Assembly: GCA_973895155.1 (NCBI GenBank)
Contig: OZ316891.1
Span: forward strand, 964,143 to 1,028,142
Length of the DNA: 64,000 nt
Direction of reading: 5' to 3'
Source: Marsupella aquatica
Taxonomy: Eukaryota > Plantae > Marchantiophyta
This document shows positions 1 through 12,600 of the stretch, one piece after another. The position numbers and the translations under genes are program-made. The notes under the pieces were generated by a model. That model was given only the letters and a program-made list of their open reading frames with translations. It was not told where the DNA came from and ran no database searches. Every line of letters starts with the position of its first letter. Within the stretch, counting starts at the first letter, position 1.

Positions 1-2267
1 TGTGAACTTCTCCAAGTGCGAGTCCATCATCATGTCGCGACAAGAAGATAACAAAGGCGTGAGAACGTTGACTGTGGTGACGAAAGTGGATCGAGCCCCC
101 GACGACGTTTACAAGCAAGTGACGGCTGACGATGTCAACATTGGTCGAGGGTATATTTGTGTGCGGTAAGATTTCTGCTCGAATGTTTGTTTCGGGTCAG
201 TAATTAGTTCAAAGAACTATGCCAAAACTTTGAATTGGATTTACCCTCTTTCTTTGTGCCCGGGTGGAAAATATGGTGCCAGCATTCCACTCTCCCTCAA
301 TTTGTAGAGTTACAGGGCATATCGACTGACTATACAATAAACTTGTTGGTAATCCAAATTCGTGAAAAGTACTTATCGGGGTACTTGCTAAGTGATGGAT
401 AATCCGAAGTCAGACAACATGTAAAATGTTTCTAACTAGGTCTGTTGCAATCAAACACAAAATTGATTAAGATTGTATGATGTGGGGGGGCGTAAAGTAT
501 CGACGGGTCTAAAATTCTGTAGGCGGAGAGGGGTCGTAGAATCTGTGGAATTGAGATGACCAACCGGCAAATGAATGCAAGTGTATATGAATCGAGCTGT
601 TTTTGCGCTGCAGGAACCAAACAGACGGTGATAGTTCTCATGAGGTGGCACGTGAGCAAGAGAGAAGACTCTTTGACACACATCTTGCACTCTCGAAGCT
701 GGCAAAGACCTTCGTACGGGTCCCTGCGGTGGCAGAACGCCTGACCCGAATCCAAGCGAAGATCATTCGCGTGAACCTACCGGGTAAGGAAGTCTGTGCT
801 CAATTATGAAACGTATGAGCCATTGGAACACGCACTTCGTCGAGGCAGGTGGATGGAGAGTATAGATTAGAATCGTGGGAATTGACAGTAGATGGGGAAA
901 CAAATCTAGACACACGCTTAGTTATGAAATCTATGAGCCATTGCAGAACTGAGAGTTTAAAGGTTATGTTTTCGAGAGCCTAGCGTAACCCTTTTGCAAC
1001 TGACCCAGCACACACGAATCAATACCTGTATATAGTTATGTACTCTGGCTGAAGATCTCGTTGGCTGGATGTTGTTTATTTCCAGGGCTTCGCGAGCAGA
1101 TTGACGAGGAGTTGCTAGATAGGCAGAGGGAACTAGAAGCTCTTCCACTGGGCGTGCTAGGCGACGAAGACCCGACAAATGTGTTTTCGAACATCGTTAA
1201 CCAGAACAAAAGCCTATTGCAGGATGTGATGGTGAATAGAAACTTTCGCAACTTAGCAGACCGCGAAGAATTGCACTACCCTGCAAGGCTAGATGAAATG
1301 TTCCAAAAGTTTAGTGACAACCTTCATGAAACCATCATGAAAGAAATTCTACCTGAGACCAAAACGGAGGAAATCTTGCTGCGGATGTCTGAGCTGCGAG
1401 GATTGACGCTACCAAATATTTGGTCCCCCACGCTGATGAGGACACTTGTCAGCGAGGTGGTTGACAAGGTCTCTAAAGTGTGCACCGATCTGGTGCTACA
1501 GACACATCATTACGCTCAGAAGTTTGTATTGGACATCATTGACATCTCCACAAACTCATTCCCGAACTTGAACGCGGCTTCTAAAGCGGTAAGTCCTTCG
1601 ATTTACAAATTGCTACCTGTATGAGACTGATTTTAGGATGAAGAGAATAATATAGAAATCATATTAGTGTTATTACTTTCTCGTACCTTAGTTTTTGTTT
1701 CGTCTCAATTCGCAGGAGGCAGAGAACGTTCTTGCACGATGTCAAGGAAAGTGTGCAATTTTTGTTCAGCACGTCCTCGACAAAGAAAGATCAAATGTTT
1801 TCACAATGAGTGATGACTACATGGCCAATGTTCACGAGATTAGACACTCTCTCGCACAGCTCCACTCGAAAAATGCTAATCATGATGGGGTCGAGGTTGA
1901 AGGGTTTGAGGAACCCTTCTTTCTGCGGAAGACTTCGAATAAGTCGAACGAATACCTATCAGCCTTCGACATGAAAGTGAACTTGGCGGCGTACTGCAAG
2001 GTTGTGCAGGACCGAATGGCCGACTCAATTTCGATGGATCTCCGATACGCGCTGGAAATTACGATTCTTAGGAATCTGTGGGGTGGCTTGTTGAAAGCCA
2101 ATATGGGGCAGGATCTGGTTACCCTCATGGAGGAGAGTGCGTCCACGCGTCAGAAGCGGCAGAGGTTGGTCGAGCGGGTGGCTGCTTTGGAAGAATGCAA
2201 ACAAATCCTGCGGCAGACAGTTCAGGTTCGACCTGAAAACCAGCGTTTATGTGGGACTTCTGATTGA
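1..2267 (+). CDS. DRP4: Mx-like dynamin-related GTPase (plant DRP4 type), 5' end outside the window; exons <1-165, 614-783, 1086-1588, 1716-2267
   Basis: The first exon reads ...RTLTVVTKVDRAPDD...IGRGYICVR (dynamin G4 TKxD). Later exons give the middle domain (HYPARLDEMF, LRGLTLPN) and the GED (MKVNLAAYCKVVQDRMADSI...RQKRQRL). GT-AG introns join in frame and match intron positions of the paralog at 55916-58710. Confidence 0.93.
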
Positions 2268-3920
2268 GTCAGGTCAGGTGAAGTTACCGTATTGCTTGGA
2301 ATTTCTTCGCAGGCCTGGCACTGTGAAATCACTGCCGGATTCTGATGACACCACTGGATCAATGGAATTTCGGCCATGGAATCAAAGGTTGGACACTAGC
2401 TACGAGCCGGTATATGCATCGTAGACTCTCAGAGTACGTTACGTAGTCCTGGACGTAGAATAAGAGGGGAAGTGACTGCGGGTCTATGGTTTCTTCAGTT
2501 TCTACGTAGACGTTTTGATGATTTACTGCATCTGAACTGCTTGGAATACCTCCCCTAGCCGCCTGGTCTTTGCTTGAAATGTGAAAAACAACTTCGCATT
2601 CCGACGTGGATGCATCCGTTCGTTCTATTAATAAAGGTGGATTTTTAAAAGTCTATGAATCAAATTTGGTGGCGAGAGAGTCAGCTTCAATCTGGGTAAT
2701 CCACTTGTTGAATTCTATGAAATTCGAAGCGACGAGATAACTGTGCGGTAAGCGGTGTCTGATGTTACAATCCACAAATCTGATAAAATTGTAGACAGTT
2801 GCATATATGGGACGTTTTGGTATCGTTTAGTTAGGGTTGTGGGGATTGCTCCAGGCCTCCAGCTGATCAGCTGGCTATTACTGCAGCTTTCCAACGCTTT
2901 GTTGCTCTCAATGCTATTCATGGAACTTGCAAAACGTCATTGAAAATAATCCGTATCTGCCAGACATAGAATCATGGTATGTGTAGAGGAAGACTCTCAA
3001 GTGAAAGTTGTAGCACACTCCCAAGACGGTGGCATTTGGTAGGTTTGACTTTTAAGTTTATCGGTTAATTCCCTGCATGTCTCCATCATTAAAAGACAAC
3101 CCAGACCAACGATTTGCAGGGAGTTCCTAACTGCTTAGTCATGGGATTTCCCGCGCGGTACTTTCAAGCCAAACCTTCTATGAGAACATTGCTAGCTCGC
3201 ACTGGTGAACAATGTCAGCTAAGCACGAGTAACAGCTTAATTCTAGCAGTAAGACATTTTCTACTAAGCATAGCATTAAGATGAAAAATTGCAAACAAGT
3301 ACAACAGTGAAGAAATGGCCAGCATGTGCATAATATTTTCGCCGTACCTCGTAGATAAAACTGCTGCTTCTCGATGGGTTTTTTCCAGCACCATACTGAA
3401 GAATTGGAAGAATTGGCCGGACATGTTAGGGATCTAAAAAACGGTATATACCCACACAAAACAACGAGCATTCTCAAATATGGGGATTCATACCGGTAGG
3501 AAATTTTCACAGTTTTCAAGGACTATCCCATTCGCCTGACATTTGAAGGCTTTCAAAAATGGGCCTTCTACACAATTGTAACATATTGCCCAATCCCAAT
3601 TAATACATTCATCCGGTCGGTAACTCATCCAATCCATGTGCACTGAAATTGTCGGCAGAACAGGACCGACATTGGGACGAACATCTTATCCACAATTATA
3701 ACATATTGCCCAATTGCACTTCCTAAACATCTATTGTGCCTGTGCAACTTCACGAGGTGTACATATCCTTTCAGTCTAAGATTTCCTACCAGTGAACGAG
3801 TTTGAAATGAGTAATCGTGGCTCGGCAGACAGGGCAAGTATTATTGTTAGAATTTGTTCTATGTTTCTCCAAGCAGGAAAAACAAAACTGCATGTGTAGA
3901 CAAGGAAACAGACGGTATCC
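1863..3920 (+). repeat. Segmental duplication, copy A (DRP4 last exon + 3' region + RING 3' end); copy B is at 12196-15005
   Basis: Near-identical sequence from CACTCG(A/G)AAAATGCTAATCATGATG through the DRP stop, the downstream region and the RING fragment, ending at ...AAACAGACGGTATC. Several indels separate the copies. Confidence 0.93.
3760..3920 (-). pseudogene. 3' fragment of a C3HC4 RING gene (paralog of 14859-16045)
   Basis: Nucleotide copy of ~14860-15005 (DTVCF..C...HFCFSCLEKHRT). It is truncated at 3920, where the inverted-repeat element begins. Confidence 0.75.
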
Positions 3921-6900
3921 TGGCCGGGCTCACCTGAGGCGAAAATACAACTGAAGACCCTTTGCCTCCGGCTGCAGGTCAGCCTGTTCAAGGCAACAAT
4001 TATAGCAATAGAAACGACAAAACGTACTAGTGTCTTGTCTAAAGTCTATTGGGACCCTGTATCTTAAGCAGCAAATGCAAATCCGATTTTCAGAGGGCCA
4101 AGGTGAAATCTTGCACACCCACCTAGCTTGTCTATTTATTTGGAGGTGTGGTGCATGATGTGGTTTGGTGATTCAACCTCCCAGAATGCTAAATCGGGCC
4201 CTCACACAAACTTTACTTATCTTTGTCTCCAACACGATCTCCCATTTATTTCCTTTGCATCAGATCACCTTCTTTTGTTTGCATGAAGTTTAATTTGTTT
4301 TTGGCCTTTCCCCTAGGATTGATTTTCCTTGAAACCATTGAGACCTGTTGTTAGCATGAAGTTTTGTTTTTGGCCTTTCCCTTAGCTAGGATTGATTTTC
4401 TTTGAAACCCGCTGAGACCCAACAGTTGATTTCCCATAATCGTTTGTGCCCAACTTTTGTGTCAAGCATTATCCATTGAAAGACGATTTGGGCGGGGGGG
4501 GAGGGTGCGAGGGGCAAGGGGGGACCGAGGGTTATTTACATTTTGTTGTGCCCAGAAGCTAGCTATGCGCAATATGCCATATTCTGTCTCCAAGGACTGA
4601 CTGCTTAATTGCATTACTATGCATGCCATTTCGATCACTTGAGTCACTCTCTAGCAACATATTTGTGGTCCACTATGCATTTGGGCCAAATTGGGTAATA
4701 TGAGAGTGAAATAGAGGTGACCTCACCCCTGGAACTCACCCCTGGAAAAAGCATAATTAAGTTTTTACCCCAGGCACTTTGTCTCTTTAGTACTCTGAGA
4801 CCATTCAGCAAAGACTGTAATAATTCTCTTCATGACCATGTAAACAATTAGCAAATAAGTATGCCAAAGGGGATGCCCTCATGGATCAGAAAATTCCAAG
4901 ACAGTCAAGATTGAGACACCTCAGTTTCTTGGTCTAAACTTAAAATCCAGCCACACTCATCCATTACCAACAATACACTTGATCCCATTGGTGACATAAG
5001 TGAATATATTTCATATATGCCTAGTTAATGTCACACCTAATCTATGTTAATCTTTTACTTACCTTAATAAAAAGCACACCTAACCCGAATCTCATATAAT
5101 CTTGCCCTTAATTACCTTATTTAATGTCACACTTAACTTAATTGTGCTAATTTTGTAACTACTGATTAAAAACACACCTAACTCAAATCTTATAAAAAAG
5201 CTCACCTGATTAGAAAAGATATCCTTAAATTTAAATTTTACTCATATTTAGTTTATCAAAGAAGCTGGTGGAATAGGGGTGACAACTCATACTTTTGGTG
5301 AAATACAATTCTATAGAAAAAGGCCCCCTAAATGAGGAAGACAATCACACTAAAAACAGTCTCCCTAATTACAAAATGTTTTACGTGGTTAATCTCACCC
5401 TTCTCCAAAGAAAAAGTAAGAAAAACTAAAAACAACAAACAAACACAAATTAAAAGACAAACAAAGTTGAAAAATAACAAAAGCAGAAAGTAAACACAAA
5501 AGATATATAAAACATAAAATGTTCCTCTCATCTCTCTTCTTACCTAAGCCATCATGATCTTGCCTGGATCCAAATACTTTATACAATACATTCGATTTTG
5601 TTTTGGTATCTTTAGAACAAGGCAATAGAAGTCAAGTATTGCAGTCCATTGTATTGCAGTCTGTATATATTACACAACAAAAGTATTCTGGGGTACTTTT
5701 GTGGTCCCCCATCACATAGTTGAACACATTTCATCCAGTAAGGCAAATGTGTACATTGATGCCTGTATGGACCACACCAGTTTAAAACATATTGCATTGA
5801 ATGTCACAGCTCTATAATATCACAAAAGTTTAGATCCCTCCATTCAAAGTTGTTACTTTCTTTTGATCTGTCTATGTACTGAAACCTTTTATGAACAGTC
5901 AGCTGGCCAAGAAAGTACATATATTTAGACAATACCTACAAGATAGCAGCCCGGTCAGAGGGAATGAGGCTTTGAAAAAATTTACGAGATCAACGTACGA
6001 GGAGAACAATGCATTATTTATATATTAAATATTAATTATAATTTCAGCAAGAATTTTACTAGTAAGACAATACAAACTTGGTAAGTTAAGTAAATTATTG
6101 ATTATCTGAATTAAGGGAATATTTTAAGAGTGAATTGATGACACCTTTTTCTGGAAATACTGTGTAGACAAACTAGCTAGTCAGAGTGTTCCCTTCCATT
6201 AAATTCAAAAATCAGGCCTTCTATATAATGATGGAACTTACTCTAGGTTTTTGCCAGGGTAACTTAGTTACTTTTGTGTTTAGTGGTACACATATGGGTT
6301 TAGTAACATATCAAGTCATGACCACTACCCACCAGGGCCACCACTCCACCTCCTAACCAAATATTAGGAATGGGCAATTATCCACATGCAGCTTTATTAT
6401 TAAATTAGGATTGAAAAGTGCGGGAAATTTTGAATTTCTGGAGAAGCTGGATGCACAGTGGATGAGACTTTGTTTTCTTAACATTCAAATCACAGAAAAA
6501 TTGAATTTCTGGAGAAGCTCGATGCAAAGTGGATGAGACTTTGTTTCCTTAACAATCCAATCACATAATTTGCTAAAGTGACACTCAAGAACAATCACAG
6601 GTTCCACTTTTCTACATTTGATGGATGATGACAACTGCAAGAGGGACAATTTAATGTTAAATTGACAAATGTGCAACTTCATTAAAAAAACCAAATAATC
6701 ATTTGTTGTTCAATTACTAGCTTCTACAGGGGGGAATGCCGGGCCGCTGAGAATTAAATCTTGCTGCTGAGAGTCAAGTGTCACCCCCAAGAAACTCAAA
6801 AGTAAACCTCTAGGATGGGCAAGTGTCAGGTTTAGGAGTCAAGCAACCAGACAAAATGAGGCATAAGGAGTTAACAAACTAGAGTCCTCTTTCACAAGCC

Positions 6901-7383
6901 TTTCACAAGCCTTTCCCAAGACAAGAATTGCATTCACTAATTTCGCTGCATTTAAATTATGCATCAAGGCCACAAGCCACAAGCTAAGGCCACCGGGAAG
7001 GCCACAAGCTAAGGCATCAAGGCCACAAGGCCACAAGCTAAGGCCAGGCCACAAGCCAAGGCCGGTCTCCAGACTGAGACTCATCAACACACAAAGCCCT
7101 CCAAAGCAGCTAGGCCCATCCAAGTTGATGGCTCAACATTGTGATCTATCTAAGCATCAAGTTCAGATTTGGTCATTTGCAGAAGAATTAGGACAAGTGG
7201 TAGGGTTGATAGTTTCTGCTTATAAAGGGTCCGAATAAACTGACTCCCCAATAGACTTCAGACAAGACACCTTTCATTGTAGTTTTGTCGTTTCTTTGGC
7301 TATAATTTTTGCCTTGAATGGGCTGACCAGCAGCTGGAGGCGAAGGGTCTTCAACTGCATTATCGCCTCAGGTGAGCCCAGGG
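3921..7383. mobile_element. Putative non-autonomous element bounded by ~130-bp imperfect inverted repeats (3921-4053 / 7246-7383)
   Basis: GGGCTCACCTGAGGCGAAAATACAACTGAAGACCCTTTGCCTCC...GTGTCTTGTCTAAAGTCTATTGGG is the reverse complement of CCCAATAGACTTCAGACAAGACAC...GGAGGCGAAGGGTCTTCAACTGCATTATCGCCTCAGGTGAGCCC. The interior is AT-rich and non-coding. No TSD found. Confidence 0.5.
6962..7065 (+). repeat. Short imperfect tandem repeat (AGGCCACAAGCTAAGGC-like)
   Basis: Repeated GGCCACAAG / CTAAGGC units. Confidence 0.7.
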
Positions 7384-7869
7384 CAGAATTGCTGGGGTAC
7401 ACGGCCTTGAGTCCCGTTGATCGAGAGCTCAGATCGTGGTGTGGTGCAGCTTTCCTTCGTTCTTCAGCTGTAGTGGATCGGTGGGGGTCAACACTTTTGT
7501 TCCGTTGGATTGAAATAATGATCAGGACCTTTGGAACGGCAAACTAGGGAGAGAGTAGAGCTTCTAGCGGCCCGGAGTTGATCAAATCACATCGATCTGA
7601 CTTCATTCTCATCCGTGTTGGACTATCACCCAGTTATTGACATGCAACTCATTGGGTCAAAACTGGTAACTATCCGGGAAGACAGGAGTCATGGAACCAA
7701 AAGCTCAGATGGGTCAGGGATAGGAATTAGCTGCAGGAACGTCTTCGATCTGCAACTGATTCTCGAGAACAAGATCTCCCGCTGGCTTAGTTGATGTGGA
7801 GAGGAGGCTTGAAAGTGTGTGGAGTTTGCTGGAGAATGCTGAAAATGGCAGAATGTAGAGCAATATATC

Positions 7870-8560
7870 CGAGAGCTCTGGACGATGAAAAACTTATGGC
7901 AAGCGGACCAGCAGAAGCTAATTATGGTCAACTTCAGTATGCAACGACTTTGTTGACTAGCGCGAACAGCCGGTTGCAAAGTGAATAAAGTCAATGCATA
8001 TAAGGACCGCATGAGGAAATATGGAGAGGAGAGGAGAGGAGAGGAGAGGAGAGGAGAGGAGAGGAGAGGAGAGACTGAGAGTGGAGGAGGAGACACGGCT
8101 TAGACATATATATGCTAAAGCCGAACTGCTAGGAGAGAACGACATACAACAGGAGGAGAACAAGCGGGCAGCAATTGCCCGACTCAGAAACAAGAGTAAA
8201 AGAATAAACTGCGAGAAGAGAAACATCGTCCGGAATTTGCCTTGGGCAAGCAACTGCAGGAGAGCAGACTAATGCAACAGGAGACCTATTGGCTGTTTAC
8301 TGCTTACATCAATGTAACAGTGGAGAACAAGAAACTGGTAAAGCCAAGAAGAGACCGGCAGTTGCTGCTGGGATTGCAATTAATTGAAAGGCAACAAAAC
8401 TTGTGTCCGATCTGTGTCTGGTGTCCCCAAAAAATACCGTCTGTTTGCTTTGTGGAGACTTCAGTTCTGGTTATTAGTGCTTGTGTAGACATCAAGAGTA
8501 TTAATACTACAAGTTGCTCTACTTGCGGAATAGAATCCATCATAATTGAATACTATTTAA
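7870..8560 (+). pseudogene. Degraded coiled-coil + C3HC4 RING gene
   Basis: Charged coiled-coil-like fragments are followed by QQNLCPIC..., then a shifted frame NTVCLLCG.F.....CL.RH and CSTCG. Several frameshifts and stops. Confidence 0.6.
8023..8073 (+). repeat. (GGAGA)n microsatellite
   Basis: About 10 perfect GGAGA units. Confidence 0.95.
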
Positions 8561-9700
8561 CATATTCAGCTGTACTCTGAGTTGATATTCAATAAATGGC
8601 ACGTAGCCACTGAAGTAGGCACAAATTATAGCAAGTTTCCGGAAGAAGGCAATGAATGCTCGGGATGAAGACCGAGAGTAACACTAAAATGCTTATCACT
8701 CTTGAATGAAGCACCACACAGAGACTACCAATCGCATACCCCAGGACACCTGTATGCAAATTAAATGCTCTCCTCCTGGAGTTCCAGGCAGGCTGAAGCA
8801 TCTCCTGCGTACCTCTCTTGTTGTAGAAAGGAGTTAATTAACAAGTCCAGAATGAATGGACGACCTTCAGCTCTTGACTTAAAAGGAGCAACAATTTGTC
8901 AGATGAGTTCAGCTTATGTGCTGGTTTGCCTCCAAACCAGCTAGTAATTGGGTTACCCTAAACTGCATCAAGACAGACTGAGATGACATAGAGGTTTAAC
9001 ATTGGCCTTCACCAAGGCTAAATTCCAATACAAGACCAAACCAGTGTTTCTTTTCATTTGCTACCAAGTGAAGTGGCTTGCGGATCATACACTGTTCTTA
9101 TTTAGTTTTAATGACTAGCTTATCGGCCAAAATCATCTCATGCTCCACAAATATAGCGGTCACAACTAGTGGTTTCATTGTGACATGTGATCCTACAAGT
9201 CAGGCATACATTTTTAGAAGAGGAGGCTTCTCAACAGTGCTGGTGATAGGGCCCGCTTGGATTGATCGAGGCCCCTTAGACGTCAATACGTACCAGTTCG
9301 GTCATATATATACATGCATGCAAATCCCTTTATATCATTCTTTGATGTAAGCTTTGATGAGCTGAAATTCATTTGAGATCAATCGCATGGCATATCAAAA
9401 AACACATACTATCCCGTAAAGAATTAAGACAAAGGAGCACATTCAAACCTTAGCAGTAAATAAATTGAAAAATTGGCCGGAGCTTTACTAAAGAGCAAAT
9501 GTGTGTATATCCATTTCTATCTGCTCGGCTGACTCATAAGATACATTCTACCTAAACTACATACTCAAAACAATTCAAACTATTCCATAATGCACTTATA
9601 AGAGGTCACAGTGCCTCTCTCATTTATAAACAACATGACCTTGAACAAAGCCATCCGTTTCGCACGGCAGGTAAGGTTCTAAATGTATGTCCACTAGTGC

Positions 9701-10725
9701 TCAAAGGTGAATGGGGCACATAGCAAAAGTAGTGCGCCTATCCAGCAGAAATTTAGAGTCCGTTACTATCTCCCACGCAATCTCTTTGCCAGCAGATCCA
9801 AACCCTATGCTTTGAATCATGCAACAACCGTCAGTGAGGACGCCGCTCCGACGTGCAATTGCTAAAAGCTCGTTGTTCAGCGGAAGGATAAACAACGGTT
9901 CAACCTGGATTGGGTAGCAGATGCTTCCTTCTGCAGGTTCAATTGTGCTTGAGACAGAGTGCATATGACTAGGTAGTCTTGTAATAGGATCCCGGGAATA
10001 AAAATCGACATAGTTGCGTTGTGCTACGATGTCATAGCGTTTTCCTGCAGCCGAAAACCATTGTTGCGGAAGGTTGTCCAAAGTACGCTGCTTAGAATCT
10101 GATTCTACCATTTCCCATCGACCGTCCACTGGACCAAGTGTAAACCAAGAAGAGGGGAAACAGCATGGGCACCCACTCGTCTTGAAAGTTTCATCTTCCA
10201 CTACTATGGAACCACAATTCATATCAATTGTGCCCTTACGATTTAGTGGAACACCTGTGGAGCACACTTCCCACCCTTCCCGCATCCCAGCAACATCCAA
10301 CATATACATCCTACTGGCTGGTTCGGCTTTGGTCAAGCAATTAGTGCACTCGGAACATGTGCAGTGACAACCTGCTCCCATGATGTATACAGTGCATTTG
10401 ATGCGTGAAATTGGAAGAATTTAGAGTTTCCACCAAGACTGGGGGAAATTGGAGGAAGTGGATAGAAAGCTTTCGTTCTCATGGAATACAGAGACACTGC
10501 GGGCCTATCGGAAGTAGCATCACGGTGTTTGACAAAGACGAATGTTTCCTTTTGTTCAGAGAGAATTCTGTCACCGTAGACCTTTCGGCTCTGAATTGCT
10601 TGTTTCCAAGCTGGACTCAGCGATTCCAGCACATGCAAATCTGTCCATGACAACTTCGGAGCAATATGTGCCAACGTCGCATCTTCAACGATCCCTGGAA
10701 GAAGTTCGTCTGTAGAATTACTCAT
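9701..10725 (-). pseudogene. F-box/kelch-repeat protein, intronless, with one frameshift near 10395
   Basis: N-terminal F-box-like ELLPGIVEDATLAHIAPKLSW...SLSPAWKQAI, then kelch-like strands (LYSMRTKAFYPLPPI; TVYIMG; MYMLDV...W; GRWEMV). The two ORFs (10725-10333, 10381-9701) join by restoring one base at AAT-G(G)C-ACT-GTA-TAC-ATC-ATG-GGA. This could also be a sequencing error. Confidence 0.75.
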
Positions 10726-12195
10726 TTTGCTTAACTTTTGAATTGACGTGAGAAACCTGAGGAGACAAAACGAAACAATTCGATTAGAGTCTAATTCGGC
10801 TGTGTTCGTAACTGAACAGAAACTTCCAGCAAAATAAAGCCCTGGACTTCTACTTGATTATCAGCGAGCTAAAGAGGGCGAGGATATGGGAAAGGAACTC
10901 ACAATCGTGAACGCCCAAACTGCCAAGCTGAGACAAGGAAAGCGGAGAAAATATTGGATCGTAGGAAGAAAGTTGCAACAATGGATCAATGAGGAGGAAT
11001 GAAACCGAGACTTCCTTAAGTAGCCCCTTTCAACGCATGGAAAGCATAAGTGATGAACGACTGGAAGGAAAGTTTGACTCCATGCAACCGCCGGTGATGG
11101 TTCCGGAGAAAGTATGACCAATGAGATCAAGGTGCAACAGACTCCTCACACATCCTCTGCTCCACAGCTGGCTGACTCAAACTGAGACTGATTGATGAGG
11201 AGATGAGTGCATGTCATGATAAGTCCTCGGGTTCAGTCCTCTTGATCAGTTCTATTCCAAAATAAATATAAAGTTCATAGTCAGCTCTACCTTCAATCTT
11301 AAAACTGGTTGAAAACCTCTAGTCAGGAAGGTAAGGACGTAGAGCAATGGCGACAATGAGCTTGCTGCAGTTTCTATGGCCTTCATTTATTTGCCCCGAG
11401 CAAGGTATCTATAGTGAAGCGGCAGTGGTGTGCATAGTCGAGTTTTGTCAACCGTTGATCTTATTCGTGGATCGATGGAGAGAGTTTAGGGTTTATAAAC
11501 CTTTCATAAAAACAAATAGGTGAATAGGTCTATTAGGTGGTACTGTGGTCCCTGGTTATATACTAAACGTAAGCTTAATTTAGCTTTCCTCTCAATAGAC
11601 CAGGCTCTCCCCGATTTATGCCTTCTTATATCCCTTTTCCGACACAAAAAGTAAGATTTGAATACAAAAAGCAAGATTATACCTTCTACTAAAATACATA
11701 ATTATTACATGGACAAATATTTGTGATCCATTGAGACGGATAAAAATCTTTATTCCTTTTTAGTGATGGGCCATCACTGATATAACATATATATATGATT
11801 TGATAAAAATATAAATGATAATTGAATGTGGAGATCACAAAGGGAAACTTAGGTCTAACTACATAGCTTACCACACAAGCCATGATATTTAGATGTGATG
11901 ATTTCTCCATCACATGACACACATTGTACATGTGATGAGGCACGACAGATGGTTGTGAGTCACTCCAAAACATCCGGCAAACCTAAATATCAAAATCACA
12001 TGACCGATGCGATAAAGCCTAATATTTGGATGTGGGAGAACATGTGGCAAACCTAAACATGAAACCGACCAGACCAGCGTCCCTATATAAGCCCGGTCAT
12101 TCCTGGTGTTGCTCACAACCCGCATTACAGTCCAAGTTTCTTGAGATCCTTCGCTTGTGAGAGAGTAGACATCAGGAGCATCGAGCATTGTTCGA

Positions 12196-12600
12196 CACTC
12201 GGAAAATGCTAATCATGATGAGGTCGAGGTTGAAGGGTTTGAGGAACCCTTCTTTCTGCGGAAGTCTTCGAATAAGTCGAACGAATACCTATCAGCCTTC
12301 AACATGAAAGTGAACTTGGCGGCGTACTGCAAGGTGGTGCAGGACCGAATGGCCGACTCAATTTCGATGGAACTCCGATACGAGCTGGAAATTACGATTC
12401 TTAGGAATCTGTGGGGTGGCTTGTTGAAAGCCAATATGGGGCAGGATCTGGTTACCCTCATGGAGGAGAATGCGTCCACGCGTCAGAAGCGGCAGAGGTT
12501 GGTCGAGCGGGTGGCTGCTTTGGAAGAATGCAAACAAGTCCTGCGGCAGACAGTTCAGGTTCGACCTGAAAACCAGCGTTTATGTGGGACTGCTCATTGA
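12196..12600 (+). pseudogene. 5'-truncated DRP4 copy (part of the last exon, GED only)
   Basis: Near-identical to 1863-2267. No upstream dynamin exons. An open 98-aa ORF MKVNLAAYCK...CGTAH runs 12304-12600. Confidence 0.9.

Noticed and set aside
7689-8272. ORFs with SSPLL / EERRG repeats
   Set aside because: They are artefacts of the (GGAGA)n microsatellite.
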